A stretch of 63,715 nt of DNA, filler included, from Octopus bimaculoides (Eukaryota), in the NCBI RefSeq assembly GCF_001194135.2. It is 7 parts of 6 records of this genome, joined end to end, with 100 filler letters (N's around TTAATTAATTAA, not from the genome) between each part and the next. Parts side by side here need not be neighbours in the genome. Positions count along the whole stretch, not along the records: positions 1 to 17,417 come from NC_068985.1; positions 17,518 to 24,084 come from NC_068983.1; 5 more parts are not named here. One strand, 5' to 3'. Shown here piece by piece: positions 12,297 to 23,725 of this stretch (within the stretch, counting starts at the first letter, position 1; the number at the start of each line of letters is the position of its first letter). A model generated the notes under the pieces. The model did no database searches. It was not told the DNA's origin and saw nothing but the letters and a program-made list of their open reading frames with translations. The position numbers and the translations under genes are program-made.

Positions 12297-12531
12297 AGGA
12301 GTGGCTGTGTGGTAAGTATTTTGCTTACCAGCCACATGGTTCCGAGTTCAGTCCCACTGCGTGACATCTTGGGCAAGTGTCTTCTACTATAGCCTCGGGC
12401 TGACCAAAGCCTTGTGAGTGGATTTGGTAGATGGAAACTGAAAGAAGCCCGCCGTATATATGTATATATGTCTGTGTGTGTGTGTGTGTGTGTTTGTGTG
12501 TCTGTGTTTGTCCCCCTAGCATTCCTTGACA
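12296..12531 (+). mobile_element. SINE family A, 5' part (runs into gap)
   Basis: ggagtggctgtgtggtaag...ggttccgagttcagtcccactgcgtgacatcttgggcaagtgtc. Confidence 0.85.
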
Positions 12532-13917
12532 NNNNNNNNNNNNNNNNNNNNNNNNNNNNNNNNNNNNNNNNNNNNNNNNNNNNNNNNNNNNNNNNNNNNN
12601 NNNNNNNNNNNNNNNNNNNNNNNNNNNNNNNNNNNNNNNNNNNNNNNNNNNNNNNNNNNNNNNNNNNNNNNNNNNNNNNNNNNNNNNNNNNNNNNNNNNN
12701 NNNNNNNNNNNNNNNNNNNNNNNNNNNNNNNNNNNNNNNNNNNNNNNNNNNNNNNNNNNNNNNNNNNNNNNNNNNNNNNNNNNNNNNNNNNNNNNNNNNN
12801 NNNNNNNNNNNNNNNNNNNNNNNNNNNNNNNNNNNNNNNNNNNNNNNNNNNNNNNNNNNNNNNNNNNNNNNNNNNNNNNNNNNNNNNNNNNNNNNNNNNN
12901 NNNNNNNNNNNNNNNNNNNNNNNNNNNNNNNNNNNNNNNNNNNNNNNNNNNNNNNNNNNNNNNNNNNNNNNNNNNNNNNNNNNNNNNNNNNNNNNNNNNN
13001 NNNNATATATATATATATATACCGTCTTTTTTTTTCAGAAAAACATAAATCCGGAGAAGAAGCACACTCTAAGAAGTAGAGCAGTCTATATTAATTACTG
13101 GTGAAGGCAGGTTATAAAGTTATCCTGGGTTTCTCGCCCAGAGCCTAAAACCTGATGGCCTAGGCCATTTGTGGTGAAAAACCCAGGGTAACCCAATAAA
13201 CTGGTCTTCATCAGTAGTTAATATGTGTGTGTGTATAAGCAGAGCAAGAGCACACACGGAGATGAAAAATGTCACTGAGGAGGTCACAGGTGTGTAACAA
13301 AAGAGATCTGGATTATGGACATCACTGAGAATAAAAACCGTAATAAACGAGTGAAGAACGAATGTATAGTGTGGGTGTTTATTTGGCAAAAAAAAAAATA
13401 CAATATCTGTTTCAACACATGACTTCACATCAGGGATCTTACAACACAAATTCATAAACGTATATATATATATATATATATATNNNNNNNNNNNNNNNNN
13501 NNNNNNNNNNNNNNNNNNNNNNNNNNNNNNNNNNNNNNNNNNNNNNNNNNNNNNNNNNNNNNNNNNNNNNNNNNNNNNNNNNTATATATAATTTATATAA
13601 GGGCATTACTATACAATAATGCCTCGCGCTTAGAGGGACTTCATAAGTCAAAACTACCAAAATAAGCACATTTTTACCGGTTGCGAGGGAATGCAACTTT
13701 CAAAGCTAACCTCCTAAAAACTTTTAACTTAACGGTAGACCAATGGTTTCATAATTAACACAGCAAAACTATGCAATAAGCTGCATCTTTTATTCACCAG
13801 TACACGTAAATTTGCTCAGGTAGATCACACGCCAAAGGAGCACTACCACGAGTTAAACTAAAGTAATCGCCCTTTAACTTGTAGATCACACGCCAAAGTA
13901 GCACCAATAATTCTTTC

Positions 13918-14102
13918 TTTTATAAATACAAGGCCTGAAATTTTGCCGGTTGAGACTAGTCGATTGCATGGATTCCAGTGCTTAAGTAGTGCTCATTTTA
14001 TCGTTCCCGAAAGGATGGAAGACAAATTATACCTAACTCCAGAAGTAAAGAGCCGGAGGATGTGCGGCTAAGCATTTTTTTGCAACGTGCTAACGATTCT
14101 GC
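13918..14102 (-). mobile_element. SINE family B, diverged
   Basis: acaaggcctgaaattt...ttttatcg...gtgctaacgattctgc. Confidence 0.6.
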
Positions 14103-15802
14103 GTTAACAATAACAATAATAGCTTCATCAAGTTATAGTTATTCCATAATGTGAGGAAATATTGGGTGTTTCTCGGGGACTGAACACTCCATTTTAGATT
14201 ATTAATGAAGGAAAGTAAGTCATAAAAGCCATCGGACGGTTCATTGACAAGAAGAGTTCCAAACGCTGTGACAACTTTAGCCATCATCAAGAGGAATACC
14301 TTGTACCATATTTAAGTACTTCCTGCTGCTTATACTCTTAGCAATCCAGCTCTGATGGTTTTTTTTTTTTTTTACGTGGATAATCATAATTATACAGAAT
14401 GTATACAGAGACAGTTAATCACTTGTATGTTTTCTGCACAGTGTTCAACGAACTAAATTGACTTGCTAGTGTTTTCCACGACATTGAGATAATGAGAAAA
14501 GCTTGTTAGAAACAGCAAAGCTGTTTTGGAGCCAGCAACAATAACCGTAATCCTAACAACAACAACAACAATCCTAACCAGAAGCCTAACAGCAACAACA
14601 ACAGCAACAACTACAACTACCACAACATAGGTAAATGTTTCAATTAATTTTGTAGTATTTAGTGCTTTACCGAATATCTAGTCGTAAAATATATAACAAA
14701 CAAACAAGGAAGTAAAGTCTACTTTCAGGATATAAAACTATGCCAAACTAGCAGAGCAAAAATAGTCTCGAATATATTTTGGTCTTTAGTGAAAGATCTC
14801 CAAATCTATTGGGCCAACAATTGGACAGTGCTTTACATTGTAAACTGGCAAATAACCAAATATCTATTCTTAGTAAATGAGACCAAGAATGAATGGTTTC
14901 GTTCATTTCCTATTCATGAATGCATATTTTAGAGGTGTCGCAGCCTTTGTATCCATGTTGAAACTTGAAAATATAGAGAGAATTTATTGTTGTTTAGTTT
15001 CAAGTTAACCCTGACCCAGAAAACCCATGATAACAGGCATTCCGTCCCTATTCGCACTAATGTAACTCTTGATGTAACACATCTAGCCTCGTTTATCATT
15101 GATTCATTCATCACTGATCTAATATAACACAGTTCGATCGATGGTGAACCATGTTACGCTTACTTCGAATTGATCTGTGATAACACGGGTCTGCGATGGT
15201 ATTTTTCAGTTATTTTTATATCATTTACTAATCATATTTTATTAAGATTTACTATGAATATTATTCCAACCATGAAACAATATCATTATTTGTGAGTTTA
15301 AAATCTGTCTGCAAGTGTTATTTGGGTAAGTTAGGGAGACAACTTGAGGTCTGGGAACGAACCCTATCCACCCCCACACATGTCCTATTATTCATTTATC
15401 ACTGTTCATTTAACATGGTGGATTTCTTTCTCCTTTTTCTTAAACAAACCCCCGTGATAAACGAGGATAGATGTACTAAGCCTTTTTGCGTTTATCTAGG
15501 ACTACATTATCCTATATATTTTCCTTTCAAAACTGACAGTATAGCGTGTGATTTGCGGAAGATTTCGCTGTTATTTCTAGCGTGTTGATCAGCCACGAAG
15601 AGACTTGGTTAGCTCATGTTGAGAGAAGTGAACCTTACTGTTGCTGACATATAAACTATCAGTAATATCTAACTCATCCAGGCAGACTAGTATAATTAGC
15701 AATGTCTCTCCGCCTTCTCTCTCTCACGCCGCTATGATACTTTCGCTATTGTCTTCATTTCATGCAAAATATCTGACGTAACTTGTAGTTAGTTGAGCTA
15801 TA

Positions 15803-15860
15803 TGATGTTTTCCACGAAATACGGAGATAGTGATTATCTCTGTATTCGTGGAAAACATTA
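15803..15860. other. 58-nt near-perfect hairpin (pre-miRNA size)
   Basis: tgatgttttccacgaaatacggagata-gtgat-tatctctgtattcgtggaaaacatta. Confidence 0.55.
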
Positions 15861-16039
15861 GTAAGTATTTTAGTTGCCTAAATACGATGTTGAAAATGTA
15901 CTGGTGCTTATCTGTTCATATACACGTTCTGTATAATTATATAAGTAAAATAGATGTAAGAGTTACTCTGCTACAGATATAAACAGTAGAAACAACTTAC
16001 GAATGGTGCAAGTTATTTCTCCTGACGGTGGCTAAATCT

Positions 16040-17110
16040 GTCTTCAGCAAGTATCTCAGTGTTACAGGCGTTTTACCCCTTGGATCTGTTTAAAATCCTT
16101 CATACCGTCATAATTTTTACACTATTGTAGTTTTGTATGCTGGTGATGAAAATCACATTGATTTCATCTAGAAATTAATAGCAAAAAAGTTACAAATCTC
16201 TACATTTATGAAATTTTGGACAAATAGAAGCCTCCATTGCCGACATGCGGAAATTCCAGAAGAATCAATAGCCGCATGCACTCTTTCAATGTGTCACGAT
16301 TTCAAGAAGGCATAAAGGATTTCAAGATAGCGTATAAGTATTGGGCTGGATTCATTCAGCTAAAAATTCTCCTTGAGAACTAATTAAGGGTACGCGTGTC
16401 TGCGGAGTACTTATACCTGTCGCGCCTTGCGAAGCACCATTGAAAAATCCACTGCTCAGGAAGCATTCTTCCTTTGTAATATATTTTGCCTCAAAAACAC
16501 TGTGTCATTACTTTCAACAACTCCACCGGAAACACAAATATTAAATGGGGCGTGGAGGAAATCATCCGCACGTACCTCACATAAGTAATTGTTGTAATCA
16601 AGAGCTGCTGATTCCTAACTCTTCCACACAAAAGCGAACTGCGGTCAATTCCTTCAACCAGGGTTTCAAAAACAAATTCACAATCTTAAAAAGAGTTCTA
16701 CCTTCCAGCCATGTGCCTGTTCTCGCACAGACAGAACCACAGTATTTGTTCTTGCTGCAGCACCAATAGATACAGCCATGATATCTACTTCCATGGGGAT
16801 AACCAGTTGCCTCCGACATAACTTTACCATAACATCCTTTTCCTGAAAAGACGTTGTTTCATACTTCGTCTTTCTGCGACAATTTCACGAAATTCACTGT
16901 TGAAGAGCTCATTTTGTGGAAAAATAGTCTTGCATTTAAGACAAAGGCAAATAAATACAATTTGTTGCAATCATTCAAAGGATCTGAGCTGGAAACAAGA
17001 AACAGAGATAGGTGGATAACGGTATATACAAACGATAATGTTAATGCTATTCCCTGGGAAACAGACAATTGCGATTTCCGGAATGTTAGCAATGGAGGCT
17101 TCCGATTGGC
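16040..17110 (-). mobile_element. Merlin (ISXO2/IS1595-like) DNA transposon transposase remnant
   Basis: - strand translation: YWCCSKNKYCGSVCARTGTWLEG (zinc ribbon + GTW), VEELGIS, and YYKGRMLPEQWIF, typical of Merlin; frameshifts and stops. Confidence 0.65.
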
Positions 17111-17383
17111 TAAGATTTAACAACTTTACAGCCTTGTAACAATGTATGCTTTGTTTGAATTAGCATTCGCTTGCAAAAGAGTTTAATCGTCGGTCCCATG
17201 TTAGCCACAACCTCTTTGAGTTTGGTTTCGGTTGTCATAGGTACTTCCTTGGGGAGTTTCTTCAGTTGTTAACGTTACAAAGGGATCTTCTGTAAAATAC
17301 AGGGCGCTGGGTATGCAGGGAGAAACCACGGAAGCTGGTTTTTGTCGGTGTTTGTAGAGTTTGTGCTTGTTGCGTGTGTGTGT

Positions 17384-17417
<34 letters not shown>

Positions 17418-17520
17418 NNNNNNNNNNNNNNNNNNNNNNNNNNNNNNNNNNNNNNNNNNNNTTAATTAATTAANNNNNNNNNNNNNNNNNNNNNNNNNNN
17501 NNNNNNNNNNNNNNNNNTAT

Positions 17521-19517
17521 ATATAGGCAAATTTGTTGTTAAAGATGCACCTAAATTTGAAAAACTTGTAATTGTTTAAAAAAGATTTATTTACATATAT
17601 ACCAAACTAGTTTCAACAATATTTTTTTGTTTTTTCAATGGTAAAAATAGAATTATGAATTAGAAAAACATGTTTAAAAATTACGACGTTGACAAGTTTA
17701 AATGTTCATAACAGTCGATAATATTAAAACTGCGCATCAATTTGTTTGAATGAACAATGCTCATTAGTGTTTGTAGTGATCGACAAGAAATGAATATCAT
17801 CAAGTTTCAGTCATACTGAGGGGGAAAAAACAAGGGAGAAATGAAGATAGTAAAAGAAAGGGATTTGGTTTACAATTTCTCTGATCCTCTTTCCGTTGTG
17901 TGTAGGAACTTTCGCTTGTAACGGTGTGTTTTGGAATCCGGGGTATATATAATTCTTCTGCGATCGGATATGATTTTTGATTCGTTGTAGTACTCATGGC
18001 GTCTTGCTTTTCCGGTGGTCAAGTTTGTCGTTCTACCTGGTTGGTGTCCCTGTGGGGAAAGGTCATCAGTCGTTCCGGTCGGCTGATTCTCTTAAAGTAT
18101 CATTTTGTTGTATTTGCTGAAGTTCGGTTTTGATTGGTCTAGAGTTAGATGACGTCAGCAACTGGTGTTTGTAAAATTTCATTGGTCTAGAGATAGGTGA
18201 CGTTGGCAACTAGTATTTGTATGGTGTTATTGTACGGTAATTTGGAGTTGCAGTTTCGAAACCTAGGTGGAAGACTATTACTAAAGTTTTAAAATTGTCT
18301 GTTGTTCCTGGTTGTTTTTTTTTTTGTGGAGAAATTGTTTCCTTTTTCCTTTTTCTCTTTAGTGTTTTTCCTTCCTTCGAAATGATATTCAGCTGTGGTT
18401 TATATTTTTCAATGAGTATGCTTTCCTTGTTTAAACGGAATTTGGTTGAAGTGTTTCCGGTGCATTGATAGAGAGAGAAGATTTGGTATTTCAGGTTTAT
18501 GTTTACAGGGCATTGGTCTAGGTGTTTACTTACGGGAATTGTCCTAGTCGTGGGGTTCCGGATTTATTGCCTGTGCACCGTTAGTCTTTTCTTCAAGGTT
18601 AAACTAGTTTGACGTATGTAGTCTTCACCACAGCCTCCACATTTGAGAATATAGATTAAGATCTTCGAAGCACAGGTGAACAACGTGGAACAATAATTTT
18701 AAAAACTTTAGTAACAGTCTTCTACCCGGGTTTCGAAACCGCAACTCCAAATCACCATACAATGATACCATACAAATACTAGTTGTCAACGTCACCTATT
18801 TCTCGAACAGTGAAATTTTATAAACACCAGCTGCTAACGTCACCTAACTCTAGCCAATCAAAACAGAACTTCAACAAATACAGCAAAATGATCCTTTAAG
18901 AGAATCAACAAACCGGAACGACTGATGTCCTATCTCTACAGGGACACCAACCAGGTAGAACAACAAACTTGACCACCGGAAAAGAAGACGTCACCAGTAC
19001 TATAACGAATCAAAAATCAGATCCGCTCGCGGAAGAAATTATATATACCTCGGATTCCAAAACACATCGTTACAAGCGAAAGTTCCTACACAGCGTAAAG
19101 AGGATCAGAGAAATTGTAAACCAAATCCCCTCTTTTACTATCTTCATTTCTCCCTTGTTTTTTCCCCTCAGTATGACTGAAACTTTGATGATATTCACTA
19201 CTAACACTAAGGAGCTTTGTACATTTAAACAAATTGATGCACAGTTTTAATGTTATGAACATTTAAACTTGTCAACATCGTAATTTTTAAACATGTTTTT
19301 CTTATTCATAATTCTAAATTTGTCTGTTATGAACTTTTAAACTTGTCAACAATGAAACTTTTAAGGATGTTTTTCTAATTCATAATTCTAAATTTTTACC
19401 ATTGATAAACAAAGAATGTTGTTGAAACTAATTTGGTATATATGTAAATAAATCTATTTTAAACAGTTATAAGTTTTTCAAATTTAAGTGCATTTTCAAC
19501 AACAAATTTGCCTATAT
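17521..19517 (-). mobile_element. 5'-truncated Penelope-like element: GIY-YIG remnant (18345-18676) between inverted pLTR-like arms of about 0.8 kb
   Basis: Arms 17521-18308 and 18687-19517 are reverse complements. The spacer translates ASKILIYILKCGGCGEDYIRQTSLTLKKRLTVHRQ*IRNP...KYKPQLN. Confidence 0.8.
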
Positions 19518-19547
19518 TTTTTTCCTGCGTTGAAATCCGACCCCCGC

Positions 19548-19582
<35 letters not shown>

Positions 19583-19980
19583 NNNNNNNNNNNNNNNNNN
19601 NNNNNNNNNNNNNNNNNNNNNNNNNNNNNNNNNNNNNNNNNNNNNNNNNNNNNNNNNNNNNNNNNNNNNNNNNNNNNNNNNNNNNNNNNNNNNNNNNNNN
19701 NNNNNNNNNNNNNNNNNNNNNNNNNNNNNNNNNNNNNNNNNNNNNNNNNNNNNNNNNNNNNNNNNNNNNNNNNNNNNNNNNNNNNNNNNNNNNNNNNNNN
19801 NNNNNNNNNNNNNNNNNNNNNNNNNNNNNNNNNNNNNNNNNNNNNNNNNNNNNNNNNNNNNNNNNNNNNNNNNNNNNNNNNNNNNNNNNNNNNNNNNNNN
19901 NNNNNNNNNNNNNNNNNNNNNNNNNNNNNNNNNNNNNNNNNNNNNNNNNNNNNNNNNNNNTATATATATATATATATGGG

Positions 19981-20292
19981 AGAATTTACGAAAAAAAACA
20001 ACAGACGAAGACAGGTGGTGTAAACAACAAATAGATGTATTAGTTTAACGCTCGGGAATAGAGAAAGTCGTTGACGTTTCGAGCTACGCTCTTCAACTGA
20101 AAGGAACACAGAAAGAAACAAGGAGAGAAACAAGGAGAAAAAATATAAATATAGTGGTCAGCGATCAATCATGGTGAATGCCGGACAGAAGGATCACACA
20201 GGAGAGCTAAGAAAAAGGGGAGATAACAAAGAAGTGGTGAACCCAAGACGAGAAGCTGTGTGTGTGTGTGAGAGAATGCTGGTGATCTTAAC
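19981..20292 (-). mobile_element. pLTR-like repeat carrying a minimal hammerhead-like motif (20062-20106)
   Basis: - strand CAGUUGA A GAGC GUA GCUC GAAAC GUC. Confidence 0.55.
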
Positions 20293-20310
20293 GTATGTAT
20301 GTGTGTATGT

Positions 20311-21167
20311 AGCTGCTATATTTTAATTATTATAAATCTTCCACTGAGGAGGGAGCTGGTTTCCAACATAAATACAAGGCTCCATCTTTGGGATGTAGCT
20401 AACTCTGACAAATTCACGTTTGGAACTTGAGAAAAGTCTTGCATAATTTACTGTTCCACTCACAGATTGCACCTGTAATGTACGAATTAGCTGGTCGATA
20501 TCTCTTTCTGAAAATCCCAGTTTATCCAGATTCTCCATTAAGCATTCACTAACAAAACCTAGTACTCCAATTATTATTGGTACGCATATGAATTAATAGT
20601 CTGGATATAGAAGCTGGAGGTTTCGAAGCAGCTGTCCATAGTTATCTTTTTTTTTTTTTTTTTGATTTCCAGAGATATTTGTATATGCAGAGAAGCTGAC
20701 CTCTAAGACGATACATACCTTTGCTCCTTTGTCCCAAATAATATCCGGCCTGTTATGTTTACATTTGACAGAAATTTTGATGGGAATATTCCACCAGTAT
20801 TCCTTGTGTTAGTGTTTATGAATTTATTCCATAGCAGAAGGATTTTCTAAGTTTATTTCAGGACGGTCTTTTTGCAGATGGCGATGTAAACTGTTTTAGC
20901 AACAACATCGTGCCGCACTGGGAGGCAGTACCGTGACACGACATTTTAGGACAGCTACTAATCACATTCGTAATGTCTTCCACAGAAACATGACATAGCC
21001 TACACACGCGGTTGCACATTGGCATTGCAAGAGCGTCACTGCCTCTCTTGTTCTCTCTTGTGGCAATCTCCTGTTCCTGGATTGAAAATGCATAGCCTTC
21101 AAAGTATGATGTGATGCTGTGGTCTTGTGTAGTGCACTACGTGTCAATTCTACTATCTTCTTCAAGC
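20311..21167 (-). mobile_element. R4/Dong-type RLE non-LTR retrotransposon 3' fragment flanked by (TGTA)n
   Basis: - strand: CRLCHVSVEDITNVISSCPKMS, RHDVVAK, EYWWNIPI, NRPDII, NYGQLLRNLQLLYPDY, PIIIGVLG...LGFSERDIDQLIRTLQVQSVSGTV. Confidence 0.8.
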
Positions 21168-21372
21168 TGTATGTATGTATGTATGTATGTATACACACAC
21201 ACACATCCTGCTCGAACTTCCTACTCTTTGGACTTCCATTTCTGAACCACTTTCAGCACTTGTCATCCACATACCAGCACTCCACCCGGTTTACCACTGG
21301 ATCTGCTGACTACTTTCACAGATTTCACTGGATATTTTCGTTTATATATATATATATAACATACAAAAATAA

Positions 21373-21495
21373 GAGGAATGACCAGCAAAAGTGGACTCCT
21401 ATATGCTAGAAATAGATGCCTAATCATCTAACGTGGTTAGATGATTCGGCATCTATTTCTAGCATATAGGAGTTCACTTTTGCTGGTCATTCCTC
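21373..21495. repeat. 60-bp-arm palindrome (2 mismatches, 3-nt loop), hairpin element running into a gap
   Basis: gaggaatgacc...atcatctaac-gtg-gttagatgat...ggtcattcctc. Confidence 0.85.
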
Positions 21496-22289
21496 NNNNN
21501 NNNNNNNNNNNNNNNNNNNNNNNNNNNNNNNNNNNNNNNNNNNNNNNNNNNNNNNNNNNNNNNNNNNNNNNNNNNNNNNNNNNNNNNNNNNNNNNNNNNN
21601 NNNNNNNNNNNNNNNNNNNNNNNNNNNNNNNNNNNNNNNNNNNNNNNNNNNNNNNNNNNNNNNNNNNNNNNNNNNNNNNNNNNNNNNNNNNNNNNNNNNN
21701 NNNNNNNNNNNNNNNNNNNNNNNNNNNNNNNNNNNNNNNNNNNNNNNNNNNNNNNNNNNNNNNNNNNNNNNNNNNNNNNNNNNNNNNNNNNNNNNNNNNN
21801 NNNNNNNNNNNNNNNNNNNNNNNNNNNNNNNNNNNNNNNNNNNNNNNNNNNNNNNNNNNNNNNNNNNNNNNNNNNNNNNNNNNNNNNNNNNNNNNNNNNN
21901 NNNNNNNNNNNNNNNNNNNNNNNNNNNNNNNNNNNNNNNNNNNNNNNNNNNNNNNNNNNNNNNNNNNNNNNNNNTGTATGTATGTATGTATGTATACACA
22001 CACACACATCCTGCTCGAACTTCCTACTCTTTGGACTTCCATTTCTGAACCACTTTCAGCACTTGTCATCCACATACCAGCACTCCACCCGGTTTACCAC
22101 TGGATCTGCTGACTACTTTCACAGATTTCACTGGATATTTTCGTTTATATATATATATATAACAAAGTAAAGTTGTAAGACTCCGCACGAGTGGAAATAT
22201 ATATGAAAGAAGGTTTGAAAATGCAATTTTAAATATGTTTATTCACTTGACCGGTACAAAGCTCATTGTTTGAATGCAAAACTTAGTCA

Positions 22290-22570
22290 GAAATTGTGCA
22301 TTTCTATAATCTGTTTAAGTTTGAGTTTGTCAGAACTAAAGTTATACGTTAGTTTGAACGCAGAATCGGAGTTTGAGAAGAGAAAGAGACAATCTAATGC
22401 TTTGTAGATGAAGGACAATAAAAAGTCAAGGATGTTTCGCTCATGACTAACATTTTTAGACAAAGCAGAGAACAGACACGTTGACATTGGCTTTGTAAGA
22501 AATATCACGATTTCTTGAAAAATGTATTGATATTGGGAAATATCGTTTATGCCTAATTTTTTACTTGTTT
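22290..22570 (-). mobile_element. Possible hAT transposase C-terminal (dimerisation) remnant
   Basis: EIVIFLTKPMST..LFSALSKNVSHERN..LD..L...N weakly resembles the hAT dimerisation motif. Confidence 0.3.
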
Positions 22571-22577
22571 CATCCAT

Positions 22578-22700
22578 TGGACAGCAGCCATGATGGCGTA
22601 CCACCTTGAAGGATTCAGTCGAGTAAATCAACTCCAGACTTATCCTATCGGTGTCTTTTTGCCGGACCGCTAAGCTACGAAGATGTAAACCAGCCAACAT
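22578..22700 (-). mobile_element. SINE family A, 3' fragment
   Basis: ttatcctatcggtgtctttttgccggaccgctaag. Confidence 0.6.
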
Positions 22701-22731
22701 CGATTGCCAAGTATTGATATTTTCATCTTGA

Positions 22732-22905
22732 AATAAGGCGGTGAGCTAGAGAATTTTTAGCACGCCGGGTAAAACGCTTAGCAGTATTTTGTCCGTTTTA
22801 CGTTCTGAATTCAAATTCCAGCAAGATCGACTTTGCTTTTTATCCTCTCGGGGTCGATAAAATAAGTACTCGACTTACCCCATCCCATATTCCAAAATTT
22901 GAAAA
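22732..22905 (+). mobile_element. SINE family B
   Basis: aaggcggtgagctag...ttcaaattcc...ggggtcgataaaataagtac. Confidence 0.75.
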
Positions 22906-23347
22906 GAAATATTTTCGTGTAAGAATAATTTTGATAATATCAATCAGTTTTTAATGGTGAATTAGGGCTATCCTAGGTGTGGTTATTTCCAGTTGAAAAT
23001 ATTAATTCATACGTCACAACATCAATACATTTTTCAGTAAATTGTGATATTTCTTACAAACCAATGTCAACATGACAAAATCGTCTCGCAAAGTTTCACA
23101 ATGGTTGTCTACCATAAAATATTGAAATTCTATCTCCGTTCTAAAATCAATTGAAACAGCTTAGTTTGCTTCAGTGCAACTTCTAATTGGGTTACAGCCT
23201 TGCGCAGAGAACGAAAACTCGTTTTTAGTTCTGAAGCACTCTTTGTTATTTTAGGCAAGTAAACATCTGGAAGCCGTTGTAAATACATTAAAGTGCAATT
23301 GTCATTCAAGCATTTACTAGTATATATGTACCAATTATTCTGAGTGC

Positions 23348-23553
23348 GTTGAAATATTGGCTTCAAATTTTGGCACAAGGCCAGCATTTTCGGAGGATCG
23401 TCGAGTACATCAGCCGTTACTTATTTTATCGATCCAGATAGGAAGAAAAAACGAAGTCTATCTCGGCAGAATTTAAACTCTGAACGTAAAGCCGGACAAA
23501 ATACTCCTGGGCATTTTGCCCGGTGTGTTAACGATTCTGCCAGCTCGCTGCGT
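23348..23553 (-). mobile_element. SINE family B
   Basis: ttcaaattttggcacaaggccagc...acgattctgccagctcgc. Confidence 0.75.
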
Positions 23554-23725
23554 TATGTAATATGTGTAATGTGTAATAAGAGAAAATGCTATCTTCAACA
23601 ATGTTTAGTCATAAGGCTAAGCACATTTTATACCCGTAAGATACAATTTGTTAAATACATGATATGTGAAGTAAGAAATAATGAATTGTTAAAGAGTAAG
23701 AGCTACAATGTTTCTTAATAAATTA

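Noticed and set aside
17462-17473. TTAATTAATTAA islands inside N-runs (also 24129, 51683, 54238, 59925, 62032)
   Set aside because: Identical 12-mers with stops in all six frames, centred in 100-bp gaps: artificial scaffold linkers, not biology.
21975-22163. Identical 189-bp duplicate of 21172-21360
   Set aside because: Identity and position across a gap point to haplotype or assembly redundancy, not a real tandem repeat (used only as context for the hairpin finding).
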